DNA from: a virus
Strand: one strand, 5' to 3'
IMG/VR virus record: IMGVR_UViG_3300007522_000367
Location: 1 to 64,000 of that record
Length of the DNA stretch: 64,000 nt
Shown: in pieces, positions 55,049 through 64,000 of the stretch
How positions within the stretch are numbered: position 1 is the stretch's first letter
How the letters are laid out: every line of letters begins with the position of its first letter
Translations under genes and position numbers: made by a program
Notes under the pieces: generated by a model
Told to the model about the DNA's origin: nothing
What the model saw: the letters and a program-made list of their open reading frames with translations, nothing else
The model's database searches: none

Positions 55049-56941
55049 TTAAGGATAAACGCCTGTGCTGGTAAATGTCCAGGTAGCGCCCGTAACTGTA
55101 AATATCATTGTGTGGCGTGACGGAGTTAAAACTACCGTACCCGATGCCGGATTTGCTGCTGTAATATCTTGTATTACTGATTCGTTTTGAGTGCCGGCAC
55201 TGTCAACTGCAATTGTAGATTTTTGTAATACCCCAGTGCCATTAGTGGTCACAGTTATGTTAATACCAGTAACTGTGGCACCAGCGTAGCTAGTACAATG
55301 AATAGTAGCAACTGTGCCTTCTCTCGCACTATTTGCAGGGCTAATACTTTCTAATATACTTCTAACATCTACAATCGGGCCGTTGCCTGTTCCTGCGGGA
55401 TTAGGACTAGTTAGTCCTGTAATGTCTAAAGCAAATGCAATTGGAATTGTAGCGACTGATGTATCAACATATGCTTTATTTGTTACATCTGTTGCAGTAG
55501 TAGGCGTAGCTACTCCTGTAATTTTTTGACTGTTAAGTGTAATTGTGCCGCCAGTTGTGATGCTTAATGCGCCTGGCGTCGATATACTACCTAATGTAAC
55601 ATTGCCAGTGACACTTAAACTTCCTAATGTACCTACTGTAGTTAGTCCGGCGGCAATTGTAACCGTGTCACCAAGTCGTGTTTTAGAAAGTACTTGTGTA
55701 TTTTCAATTCTATATTCTTTGCCAGCAATTAAATCTATGTTTTGATTAAATGTCCAGTTTCCTGTTGACTGAACCCAATTAATAGTTTTATCGGTTGCGC
55801 CTTTTAGTGTGATGCCACCTTGATTTGCGGTTGTGTCTGTAGGAGTGTCTACTTTTCCTAATTCAATGTTAGGATCTTCCACTGTCATTGTTGCAGTGTT
55901 AACAGTAACAGTGTCGCCTTCGATTATTAGGTCACCTCCAACTGTAAGATTTCCAGTAAAGTTGCCGGCTCCAGTAACATCAAGTGCAACTGTCGGAGTA
56001 TCTTGGTAGATACCTATACGACCTGTACTTGTGTCAAGAGTGAATGCTTCAATAAAGTCATTGCCTAGAGGCACTCTAATTGAAAAATCATAATTTAATT
56101 GTTTAAGTTCTATAGATGTTGTAGTTCCACTATCAACTGTTTTAAACGATGCATATTGTGTATCGCCATATCCTACAGTAACACCAGTATCGCCCTTAAC
56201 AAACAATGCGCCTTCCATTTGTTGATCGACTACTGCATTTGAATTATCACGTTCGTTAGTTCGTATAAAATCAGTAGCAGAAAACGTATTTCCTTGAGCA
56301 TCAATTAACAATTCTGCAGATAATGCAGTACCTTGATGTTTAAAATCTGAAACTACAGTTGGATTAAATCCAACTTTGATTGATCTGCCTGGTGTATAAG
56401 GAAGTATATTATAATCTACTCCTGGCGTAAATTCAAATCTACTATATATTCCAGCAAGTACGCCGCCTATATACATCGCTAACACAGTTTTAATCTTATT
56501 ACTAGTATCTACCATAGTAACTGCTTCAAGACCTGTTTTGCCCTGAGTTGCGTTATATTGTGGTCCAACTAATACTAAATCACTTCCGTCCCAAAAATAT
56601 AATTTATTTTCAGCGTTATCGATCCACAAATCTCCTGATACAAGGTTAGTAGGTTGGCTACTACTTACCGTCGGCGAACCTGCTGTTCTAAAACTAATAC
56701 CATCATAAATTTTTAATCTATTTTCGCTGTTATCATACCAAAGTTGGCCCTTTAGTGGATTACTAGGAGCACTAGTTGATGCAAAATTTTCAACTATTTT
56801 AACAAAATTTTCATTAAATGCTTCGCCAAAACCTTTGTAATTACGTCCAACTAAAGTTATGTCTGTAGATGCAGTATCAATTATGCCATCAGTAAGTTCT
56901 ACTAACAGATCACCATTGGTCTTGTTTATTTTATAGCTCAT
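55049..56941 (-). CDS. Tail fibre/baseplate structural protein
   Basis: Same N-domain (GRNYKGFGE..ENFA..GQLW), G/T-rich beta repeats, DVTNKAYVD. Confidence 0.75.
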   Translation of the reverse strand: MSYKINKTNGDLLVELTDGIIDTASTDITLVGRNYKGFGEAFNENFVKIVENFASTSAPSNPLKGQLWYDNSENRLKIYDGISFRTAGSPTVSSSQPTNLVSGDLWIDNAENKLYFWDGSDLVLVGPQYNATQGKTGLEAVTMVDTSNKIKTVLAMYIGGVLAGIYSRFEFTPGVDYNILPYTPGRSIKVGFNPTVVSDFKHQGTALSAELLIDAQGNTFSATDFIRTNERDNSNAVVDQQMEGALFVKGDTGVTVGYGDTQYASFKTVDSGTTTSIELKQLNYDFSIRVPLGNDFIEAFTLDTSTGRIGIYQDTPTVALDVTGAGNFTGNLTVGGDLIIEGDTVTVNTATMTVEDPNIELGKVDTPTDTTANQGGITLKGATDKTINWVQSTGNWTFNQNIDLIAGKEYRIENTQVLSKTRLGDTVTIAAGLTTVGTLGSLSVTGNVTLGSISTPGALSITTGGTITLNSQKITGVATPTTATDVTNKAYVDTSVATIPIAFALDITGLTSPNPAGTGNGPIVDVRSILESISPANSAREGTVATIHCTSYAGATVTGINITVTTNGTGVLQKSTIAVDSAGTQNESVIQDITAANPASGTVVLTPSRHTMIFTVTGATWTFTSTGVYP

Positions 56942-59043
56942 GCAGTAACTCCTGTGTAGATAATATAATTAATAGTTTGGAATGGATTCATAATATCAAT
57001 TGCTGCACCCACATTACTAAACCCACTGCCAGCAGGTACAAGTACATCACCACTATTTGGCAGTCGTTGAGATAAATCTTCTGCGCCGGTTTGTAAACTA
57101 GATCCTTCTGAACCTGTCGGCAAGTTGCTTCGGCCGTCAACTTCTCTATGTACATAAAATTGTTGTCCGCCGGACGACTTTAAATTATGTTGGTGTTCTG
57201 GTAGATTTTCTAATCCTATAGTAGTTGTATCTGTTCCGTCTACTGCTCCTACTACACTTGCATTTGATCCTCTATTTCTAATGTCTGGATCGTCAACAGA
57301 TGGACTTGTACCTCCCATTGATAAGTTACCTAGTGGGAACCTACCTCTTAGATCAGGTATATTAAAATATCCCGAACTTGGAGTTGGTCCATAATTATTT
57401 CCAACTAGCTGAAATAATTGATTATATACACCAGTTGCTAGTTCTTGGCCGTTGCAAAATTTCCATCCTGATGGTTCAGCAAGTCCTGCATACGGCATAA
57501 TACTTCCGATAGGAGTTAACCCTGTAATACTATTAAATAATGTTGCCCTAGTTATACGTTTCAATCCTGTGGCTACGCCGCTTATTCTATCAATTAAAAA
57601 TTCATCGCTTGATAAACTGTTAGATACTTGTTCTTTAGCACTAATAACAGTATTTTTTAATGTTAGTGCAAATGTTTTTACGCCGCCGCCGGTTTGTCCG
57701 TCAAATACATTTTCAACAGTTTCAACATCGCCGGTCATTCTAAAAGTTGTTGAACTTGTTAGTTTATCAGCACTACCTGATTTACCACTTACGTTGCCAC
57801 TTACCTGTCCTTCTAAATTTCCCAAGAAGGTAGTTGCATATATTTTTTTCCAGCGCAAAGTTGCACTACCGATGTTTCTAGCGTTGTTAAGATCCGGTAG
57901 TACTAGATCACTTGCTGCGGTATCAACTACTAGATCGTTATTGCCTAATGTTATACCCTTTTGTACCATTATTGAATCACCAACATTTAATGCTTTAGCA
58001 ACGCCAGCGCCACCTTTAACAATTAATGCACCATTACTAATAGTAGTACTTTGGACAGTGTTAGTTGTTGTAATAATTCCATTAGTTTTAATATTGCCAG
58101 TAACATCTAATGCTTCATCCGGAGCTTCGTTGTTAATACCAACTCGTAAACTTGAATCTATTCTTAAAACAGTATTACTATCTCCGGAATTTCTAACTCT
58201 AAAGTCAATATTTGAGCCTTCAATATTATGTTGAATAATTCCTGCACTGCCTTCAATACCGATATTAAGCTCTGCATTGATACCGTATGCAATGCCGCTA
58301 TTGTTTTGAACATTTAACGGAAATGATGTTGTCGATTCTATATCGCCTCTTAGAAAGTTAGCCGCAGGAATTGCTAAATTACTAACAATTAGACTTTCTG
58401 CTTTTTCAGCAGTACCATAAAACTTAACATCGTTAATGCCATCGGCATTTGTGTCTCGGTTTGCTAGGTTAATACCTGGACGAATTTGTACACCACTAAA
58501 TCCGTTAATTGTTGCTTTAGGAGTAAATGTATTAAATGCAATAATGGCAACAATATTGGCATTAACTTGAATTTCAATAACTGTATATTCTGCGTTATCT
58601 TGACCAATAATAGTATTAGGTGTTGCTCCAGTTGTTAGGCCCTGACTAAAATTTGGACCAACTAAAATCCAATTAGATCCTGTAAACAAATATAATTGTT
58701 GGTTATCAGTATCGGCCCATAAATCGCCAGTAAGTGCTTGGGTAGTGTCTGGCTCTGTGGAACTCTTTTTAAGTCCACTTGCAGATAGCCAAACAGTACC
58801 GTCATAAATTAATAATTGTCCGCTGTTATTATTATACCACAACTGGCCTTCGATAGCATTATTAGGTTCAGTAGGACTTGCAAAGTTTTCTAATAAATGT
58901 AGCAAGTCTTCAGCAATAGCAGCGCCATAACCGGTACTATTCCTACCTGGTAATTTTATACTTGTAGTTGTGTTGATTGTTTGATCTTCAATTACTATTG
59001 GATCTTTATCAGCACTATCAGTAAATTGTATTGTATATGCCAT
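56938..59043 (-). CDS. Baseplate/short tail fibre protein with tail-collar domain
   Basis: Same N-domain; PIGSIMPYAG...GWKFCNG...PDLRGRFPLG collar; C-terminal NPFQTINYII. Confidence 0.82.
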   Translation of the reverse strand: MAYTIQFTDSADKDPIVIEDQTINTTTSIKLPGRNSTGYGAAIAEDLLHLLENFASPTEPNNAIEGQLWYNNNSGQLLIYDGTVWLSASGLKKSSTEPDTTQALTGDLWADTDNQQLYLFTGSNWILVGPNFSQGLTTGATPNTIIGQDNAEYTVIEIQVNANIVAIIAFNTFTPKATINGFSGVQIRPGINLANRDTNADGINDVKFYGTAEKAESLIVSNLAIPAANFLRGDIESTTSFPLNVQNNSGIAYGINAELNIGIEGSAGIIQHNIEGSNIDFRVRNSGDSNTVLRIDSSLRVGINNEAPDEALDVTGNIKTNGIITTTNTVQSTTISNGALIVKGGAGVAKALNVGDSIMVQKGITLGNNDLVVDTAASDLVLPDLNNARNIGSATLRWKKIYATTFLGNLEGQVSGNVSGKSGSADKLTSSTTFRMTGDVETVENVFDGQTGGGVKTFALTLKNTVISAKEQVSNSLSSDEFLIDRISGVATGLKRITRATLFNSITGLTPIGSIMPYAGLAEPSGWKFCNGQELATGVYNQLFQLVGNNYGPTPSSGYFNIPDLRGRFPLGNLSMGGTSPSVDDPDIRNRGSNASVVGAVDGTDTTTIGLENLPEHQHNLKSSGGQQFYVHREVDGRSNLPTGSEGSSLQTGAEDLSQRLPNSGDVLVPAGSGFSNVGAAIDIMNPFQTINYIIYTGVTA

Positions 59044-59048
59044 TTAAA

Positions 59049-59663
59049 TTATCCCTCGTTAAAGCCAGATAAACTTTGTACTCTAACTGTATAATCAATT
59101 TGAATTAGTCTATTAAGTGATTTTTGTACAGGATGAAAAATAACATGTGTTAAAAGTCTACCATTGCCGCCTGCACTGTATGCTCTTAGTCCTAGTTCGT
59201 CAAATACATAAAGACTATCCGGACTTGTTGCAGTGTCAAATGCATCTTGGCCGTTTGGCTCGCCATAATCTAACAAACAAGTTACTAAAATATCAGTATA
59301 ATTTGTACCACTCACATGGCGTGTTTCAATCTTGTTACGAGCAGGATCAAGATTGTTTACACTTCTATCATCTACTACTTTAGTAAATGTTTCGTTGTAT
59401 AAACTAGCATTTGTGCCTGTGCTGTTTGGCGTCAAGTATGTAATAATACCTGTAGGGTCAACACTAGTGCCACCGTTGCCAAATCCCATTTGATAAATCC
59501 AGCCTGTGCCTGCATTGCCTAAACTTTCTGCAAGACTAATACTCATATTTTCATAATGAATAGCGTTGCGTTTGTCTACAATAACCTCTCCAGTCTCTGG
59601 ATTGTGTATTTTAATGTGTCCTTGAAGTAACACACCACTTTGTTCATTTAATTTATCTGTCAT
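59049..59663 (-). CDS. Virion structural protein (baseplate-associated)
   Basis: NAIHYEN, FDELGL, THVIFHPVQKSLNR; AGGA SD and ATAAATA upstream. Confidence 0.7.
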   Translation of the reverse strand: MTDKLNEQSGVLLQGHIKIHNPETGEVIVDKRNAIHYENMSISLAESLGNAGTGWIYQMGFGNGGTSVDPTGIITYLTPNSTGTNASLYNETFTKVVDDRSVNNLDPARNKIETRHVSGTNYTDILVTCLLDYGEPNGQDAFDTATSPDSLYVFDELGLRAYSAGGNGRLLTHVIFHPVQKSLNRLIQIDYTVRVQSLSGFNEG

Positions 59664-59685
59664 TTGTTTTATATCCTGCTTATTG

Positions 59686-59692
59686 TATTTAT
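59686..59692 (-). promoter_or_regulatory. Late promoter-like ATAAATA
   Basis: Overlaps the stop of the large gene, upstream of ATG 59663. Confidence 0.55.
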
Positions 59693-62600
59693 CGCGGCAA
59701 GTCAACTGTTGCTGCACGTAAGAATCTACTAATGTCTGTATCTGATTCACCTAGAGGTGTCCCAAGTGCATTCCATACTATTCCGGTGTGTCTGACAATT
59801 GTTACTTTAACGTTTTCAATTGGTGTTTCCAATAATGTTAGTGCAGAACCGCTTATACTAAATTCTGCCGGCAAAGTTACATCGCCCTCTGGACTATCTT
59901 GTGCTGTCGGATTTGGCATTACATAAGAACTAATTGTATTTTTACGTAAACGTCTGCCTCCTACAAATACTTCAAATTCATTAACACTATTTGGAACAAA
60001 GTCTAACGGATATGTTGCCGTAGTGCCATCCGCTAAAAATTGCGAAGTTAGAGTTTCGTCTTTGTATGGCATAGTTGCAGTTGGTCCTTGGTTATAAACA
60101 TTTTCTCCTTCGAGATAAACTGTCTTAACACCAGTACCTAATGTACCTCTGCGTAGTTGACTTAGTACGTTACCATTTCTTACAAAGTATTCAATGCGTT
60201 CACCGTCTATAAACAATATTCCAGGAACACTGCTTGTTGGTGATGGTTCAGGTAAGGAAGATCCGTCTGTTACTGTAATACTCTGATCGTACCATTTTAG
60301 ATCAGCGGCTAACATTACACCGTTTCTATCGTCAAGACGTTTGTAATGCGTTCTGTTGAGCATATCTTTAAATTGGCTCCATCCATATTTGTTAACTAAT
60401 ACAGGATCTGCAAAATGTAGTAATTCAACTACATCATTTGCAGTGATTTCTACATTAATTTTAACATAACGCTTATTATTAGTTACATAATAATGTACAC
60501 TAGGAATTAGCAAATCACCGTTAAGAGTTACCCAAACATATTGTGCATCTAATGCACGTCTTGATAATTCAATTAATCCAGCAGTTAAGTGATTGTACTG
60601 ATACCAATCAGCTGTTCCTACAGTTAACGAAATTCTATCTACAATATCATATTGCTGTCTATCAAACCCTTGCGAATCATGGTTACTAAATTGATATACT
60701 GTAATAACATCGCCTTCGTTATATGCACTGTCAATATACAATGTACTCGGAGTTGAGACAAATTCATTGCTCGAATCAAAATATCCATATCTATATTGAC
60801 CATCACTAGTAATATAAACATTTAGTATATCACCGTCTTGTTGTTTAACTCGTGTTTTTAATCTAACAATACTTCCGTTACCAGTGTAAGTCCAATCGAG
60901 ATTATATGCTAATTCTACATTATTTAAGAACACTTTCATCTCTTTGTTGCTAATAGCCCCCACCGGAACTTGGAATTCTTCTAGTCGGTATTCACGGCTT
61001 GCGGCTGTTGTAATAAAGCGGCGTGTATATCCTGCATTTAGAATTTTATTATTAACCTTTACAATACTAAACCAAGCACTTGGCTCATTATTAAACGGAG
61101 TCTGATTTAACTCAAATGCTACTGTACTTCCGTCTGCTGTAAATGTATCAATAGACACTTCACTAAAGTTTTGTGTTGCACCACTAAAGAAAGCATAACT
61201 TATAACGCTTCCTGCTGCTGGTGGCGTAGCAAACGATATAACAACGTTGTTTGGATACTCGTAGGTGTTATCACTTTCTTGGATTACGTTAGATAATGTT
61301 TCGCCATTTAGTGTAACAAAGTACTGAAGATTTTCTACAAATCTTACATTAGTTAAGAATTTACTTGTAATTCCATCTGCAACAAAATTATCAATGTCTA
61401 ATATATCTGTACCACTTACTCCTAGTACTGCTAAATGTATTTTAGCATTTAGTGCAGGTGCAGTATTAAACGTCACTAACTTGTTAGCATAGTTAATAGT
61501 GTAATCTTCTGCTAATACAATATTATATTCTACTTTTACAAATAAGCTGTTTGCTTGCAACGGTGCTATATCTAGACTGAACGTCGTAGTTACTCCATCG
61601 CCTGTATAATTTCTTGAAGTAATTTGACTACTGCCGTTTTTTGGTCTTTCATATACTTTAATATCAACTGTATCAAGCAATTGTCCTGGAACTAATTCTT
61701 CTGGACCGCTGCTTGTAGTAGCAGTTACAAATCCGTCACCGTCAATAGTAATATCTTCTGCTCTTAACCCAGTGGCAGTCGAATAATTAAGATTTCCACC
61801 AGTAAGTATAGTGTCATAACTATTAGGCTCTGGAAGGTATGTGCCGTCACTAGTTGTTTTTCTAATAATGATAATATCGCCTGCTTGGTTAGCAAGATCA
61901 AGTCCATCATTATCAAGGAATACAACAGTAGTAGTTCCGTCTCCTGTAATACTTTGACATATTGCATTTGGATTAGTTACTGGGGTTGCAGTGCCGTAGT
62001 TGACGTCATCAACTCTTACACCGTTTTTATAAATGTTATAAACAACACCGCTTGCTAATGGTGCAGCAAGATCAAGACTTATAGTCGAACCATCAAGTTC
62101 AAAAATTTCATCTTCAAATGTAGTGTCATAACTATCCCACGTGTCTTCGTACCATCCATCTGCATCCCATCCACGGCCGGGGCCGAAGCCAAAGCTCTTA
62201 ACTTCAACACCGCCGTAATCTAACCCAGTCATAAGTTGATTTAGATCCTTGCCTGTCATTCCAACTGTTGGAGTATAATAATTATTAATTCTGTCTTGTG
62301 CTTGCATTAAGCTAACAGTTTTTTTATACTCAACTCTTATTGATTTGCCGTTAGCCTGAGCTTCAGTAAACGAGATTTGTCCGTAATATCGATCATACCC
62401 TTTAGTAGTATCAAGTAAATTACTATAGGTATATTCACTGTTTAATGCTTCTTGAGTATTAACGTATACATTTATAGTCGACCTTGATAAGTCCATTGGC
62501 CATACTAAGTTAAACTCATACTTGTTGCCACTTGCTGTAAATGTTTCTGTTTGACTTATTATTGTATAAACATATGTTCCTGTAGTTCTATCAAACTTAA

Positions 62601-63999
62601 CAGTAGAATGTATTCCTCTAACTAGTCCATTGCCTATTTGTACACTATATGTTGCTTCTTCTCCGCCATCGACGATATTGTTTAGTGCTGACACTGTAGG
62701 AGCACTGTAGTATCCGCTACCTGCATTAACTACATCAACTTTAGTTACTTTGCCGTTGGTTCCGATGTGTGCTTTTAACACGGCGCCTCCGCTGCCGCTT
62801 AATGTTAATTCAGGCGAACTTCTATATCCGCTACCCTGGTTTACTACTTTAACACTTGTAATTTTGTAACCGTTGTTATCTAACCAATTTTTATTTGGAT
62901 AAGTTTCAACGTCAGCGTTGACACCAATTAATACACCATCTTGCACTTTAATGGACTGCGGAACAATGTTACCTTCAACTACATTGTATGACGGTGGCAA
63001 GTCAAAGTCAGTAACAACTGTACTTGTATTATCAAGACCTTCGTATGCACTTAGATATTCTCTAATTTTAGTACCGAACGGTTTAACTTCTTTAATATAG
63101 GCTTCATAACTTGGAAGGTTATCGTTATTAAAAGTAATATCTTCTCTTAACATTCCAACATTATGTTTTGCTTTAATAAAGCTAGTTTTGAATGCCCAAT
63201 CGATATATGTTTGTTCACTAAATGCATATCTTAGACCTGCAAAGAATAATGCATTAAAACTAACTAATAGTTCGTCAATAAACAAATCATCTTTAATTGA
63301 TGTTAATATAGTTCTAAGTTCAATTACCGGTTCACTATCATAAATTTTAGTATCAAAACTTATAGTATCAAAACCTGTAGAAGATTCAACAGTATCATAT
63401 AGTGTAGATTTAAACTGTATTGTACCGTCTTGTCTACCAACAGTGTTGTAATTAACAGTGTAATCGCTAGTATTTTGATCATCTACTTTTTCTAATAATA
63501 ACCAACCCCCTGTACCAACTGTTGATATCTTTACAACATCGCCAATGGTATCGTCTAATGCAGTCAATTCATAGCTATTGTCAATTAGATAATCAATCTC
63601 AGTTAATGCACTGTAACTAGTTGCATACCAATCTGCATAATCCCAATACAGTCTTACATTATAACTTTGACTTTGAATTCTATTCCAAGTTCTAGTTTCA
63701 CTAATTCTTTCGTATAGTGCCCATTTACCTTGTATAGCACTATCGCTATTAACTAAAACTGTAAATCTTCTTACAGTTAGTGTAGGATTAGTATTATAGT
63801 ATTCACCTGGTTCTACAACCGTAACTTCAGTAATTCTACCTAGGGCATCAATTGTAGTCTGGAACTCTGCTCCTGTACCGGCGCCTGCAACTGTTACAGT
63901 TGGAGGCACTCTATAACCCCTACCCGGATTTACAATATCTACTCTTACAATCTTACCGTCTACAACTACAGGAGACACTATAGCTTGTGTTGCTTTTGC
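59689..63999 (-). CDS. Very large virion structural protein (baseplate wedge-like), 5' truncated by the window
   Basis: Frame is open to the window edge. VVNxGSGYxxxP repeats, EVKPFGTKIR, repeated F.ADG.T..F.L beta domains, LRRGTLGT. Confidence 0.78.
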   Translation of the reverse strand, partial: AKATQAIVSPVVVDGKIVRVDIVNPGRGYRVPPTVTVAGAGTGAEFQTTIDALGRITEVTVVEPGEYYNTNPTLTVRRFTVLVNSDSAIQGKWALYERISETRTWNRIQSQSYNVRLYWDYADWYATSYSALTEIDYLIDNSYELTALDDTIGDVVKISTVGTGGWLLLEKVDDQNTSDYTVNYNTVGRQDGTIQFKSTLYDTVESSTGFDTISFDTKIYDSEPVIELRTILTSIKDDLFIDELLVSFNALFFAGLRYAFSEQTYIDWAFKTSFIKAKHNVGMLREDITFNNDNLPSYEAYIKEVKPFGTKIREYLSAYEGLDNTSTVVTDFDLPPSYNVVEGNIVPQSIKVQDGVLIGVNADVETYPNKNWLDNNGYKITSVKVVNQGSGYRSSPELTLSGSGGAVLKAHIGTNGKVTKVDVVNAGSGYYSAPTVSALNNIVDGGEEATYSVQIGNGLVRGIHSTVKFDRTTGTYVYTIISQTETFTASGNKYEFNLVWPMDLSRSTINVYVNTQEALNSEYTYSNLLDTTKGYDRYYGQISFTEAQANGKSIRVEYKKTVSLMQAQDRINNYYTPTVGMTGKDLNQLMTGLDYGGVEVKSFGFGPGRGWDADGWYEDTWDSYDTTFEDEIFELDGSTISLDLAAPLASGVVYNIYKNGVRVDDVNYGTATPVTNPNAICQSITGDGTTTVVFLDNDGLDLANQAGDIIIIRKTTSDGTYLPEPNSYDTILTGGNLNYSTATGLRAEDITIDGDGFVTATTSSGPEELVPGQLLDTVDIKVYERPKNGSSQITSRNYTGDGVTTTFSLDIAPLQANSLFVKVEYNIVLAEDYTINYANKLVTFNTAPALNAKIHLAVLGVSGTDILDIDNFVADGITSKFLTNVRFVENLQYFVTLNGETLSNVIQESDNTYEYPNNVVISFATPPAAGSVISYAFFSGATQNFSEVSIDTFTADGSTVAFELNQTPFNNEPSAWFSIVKVNNKILNAGYTRRFITTAASREYRLEEFQVPVGAISNKEMKVFLNNVELAYNLDWTYTGNGSIVRLKTRVKQQDGDILNVYITSDGQYRYGYFDSSNEFVSTPSTLYIDSAYNEGDVITVYQFSNHDSQGFDRQQYDIVDRISLTVGTADWYQYNHLTAGLIELSRRALDAQYVWVTLNGDLLIPSVHYYVTNNKRYVKINVEITANDVVELLHFADPVLVNKYGWSQFKDMLNRTHYKRLDDRNGVMLAADLKWYDQSITVTDGSSLPEPSPTSSVPGILFIDGERIEYFVRNGNVLSQLRRGTLGTGVKTVYLEGENVYNQGPTATMPYKDETLTSQFLADGTTATYPLDFVPNSVNEFEVFVGGRRLRKNTISSYVMPNPTAQDSPEGDVTLPAEFSISGSALTLLETPIENVKVTIVRHTGIVWNALGTPLGESDTDISRFLRAATVDLPR

Positions 64000-64000
64000 A

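Noticed and set aside
57452-58234. Long antisense ORFs (e.g. 57452-58234, 20810-21277, 47047-47499) and the long alternative-frame ORF 14245-14739
   Set aside because: They shadow well-supported genes, lack SDs and motifs, and are expected from codon bias. Only the last 30 codons of 14245-14739 are kept as a possible small gene.
1-64000. Stop-codon reassignment, tRNA genes, CRISPR arrays
   Set aside because: Genes are full length in the standard code and end in TAA, TAG and TGA. Intergenic gaps are short and I saw no cloverleaf or repeat-spacer pattern by eye; a tRNAscan/Infernal run would be needed to be sure.

Overview
This window is 64 kb of a large, AT-rich, T4-related tailed phage genome. 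It is tightly packed, uses the standard genetic code and has no tRNA or CRISPR that I can see. There are three blocks. (1) 1-21.6 kb, + strand, replication and DNA modification. A family B DNA polymerase is fractured into two genes by a cysteine-free split intein with a free-standing Vsr/EDxHD-type homing endonuclease between the halves. It is followed by a sugar-nucleotide trio, the sliding clamp, a 7-deazaguanine DNA-modification cluster (DpdA/TGT-like, DpdL-type T-fold protein, FolE, QueE) interleaved with a glycosyltransferase, a PD-(D/E)XK nuclease, a cupin, a PRTase and a HIT protein, then RNase H and a MoxR/VWA pair. (2) 23-52.5 kb, a ~29 kb island of tailoring enzymes: 8 radical SAM, 10 HxD/E...H oxygenase-like proteins, 2 desaturases, 4 glycosyltransferases, ATP-grasp, PanD, sulfotransferase, GNAT-like proteins, a PP-loop ATPase, a methyltransferase and a nitroreductase fusion. 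It is bracketed by virion fibre genes, appears to be partly driven by T4-type late promoters placed 4-5 nt from start codons, and carries scars of internally deleted genes. (3) 52.5-64 kb, - strand, tail and baseplate structural genes. The best candidates for undescribed biology are the island, as a virion-decoration or biosynthetic system, and a possibly glycosylated 7-deazaguanine DNA modification. All calls come from motif recognition by eye; no database searches were run.
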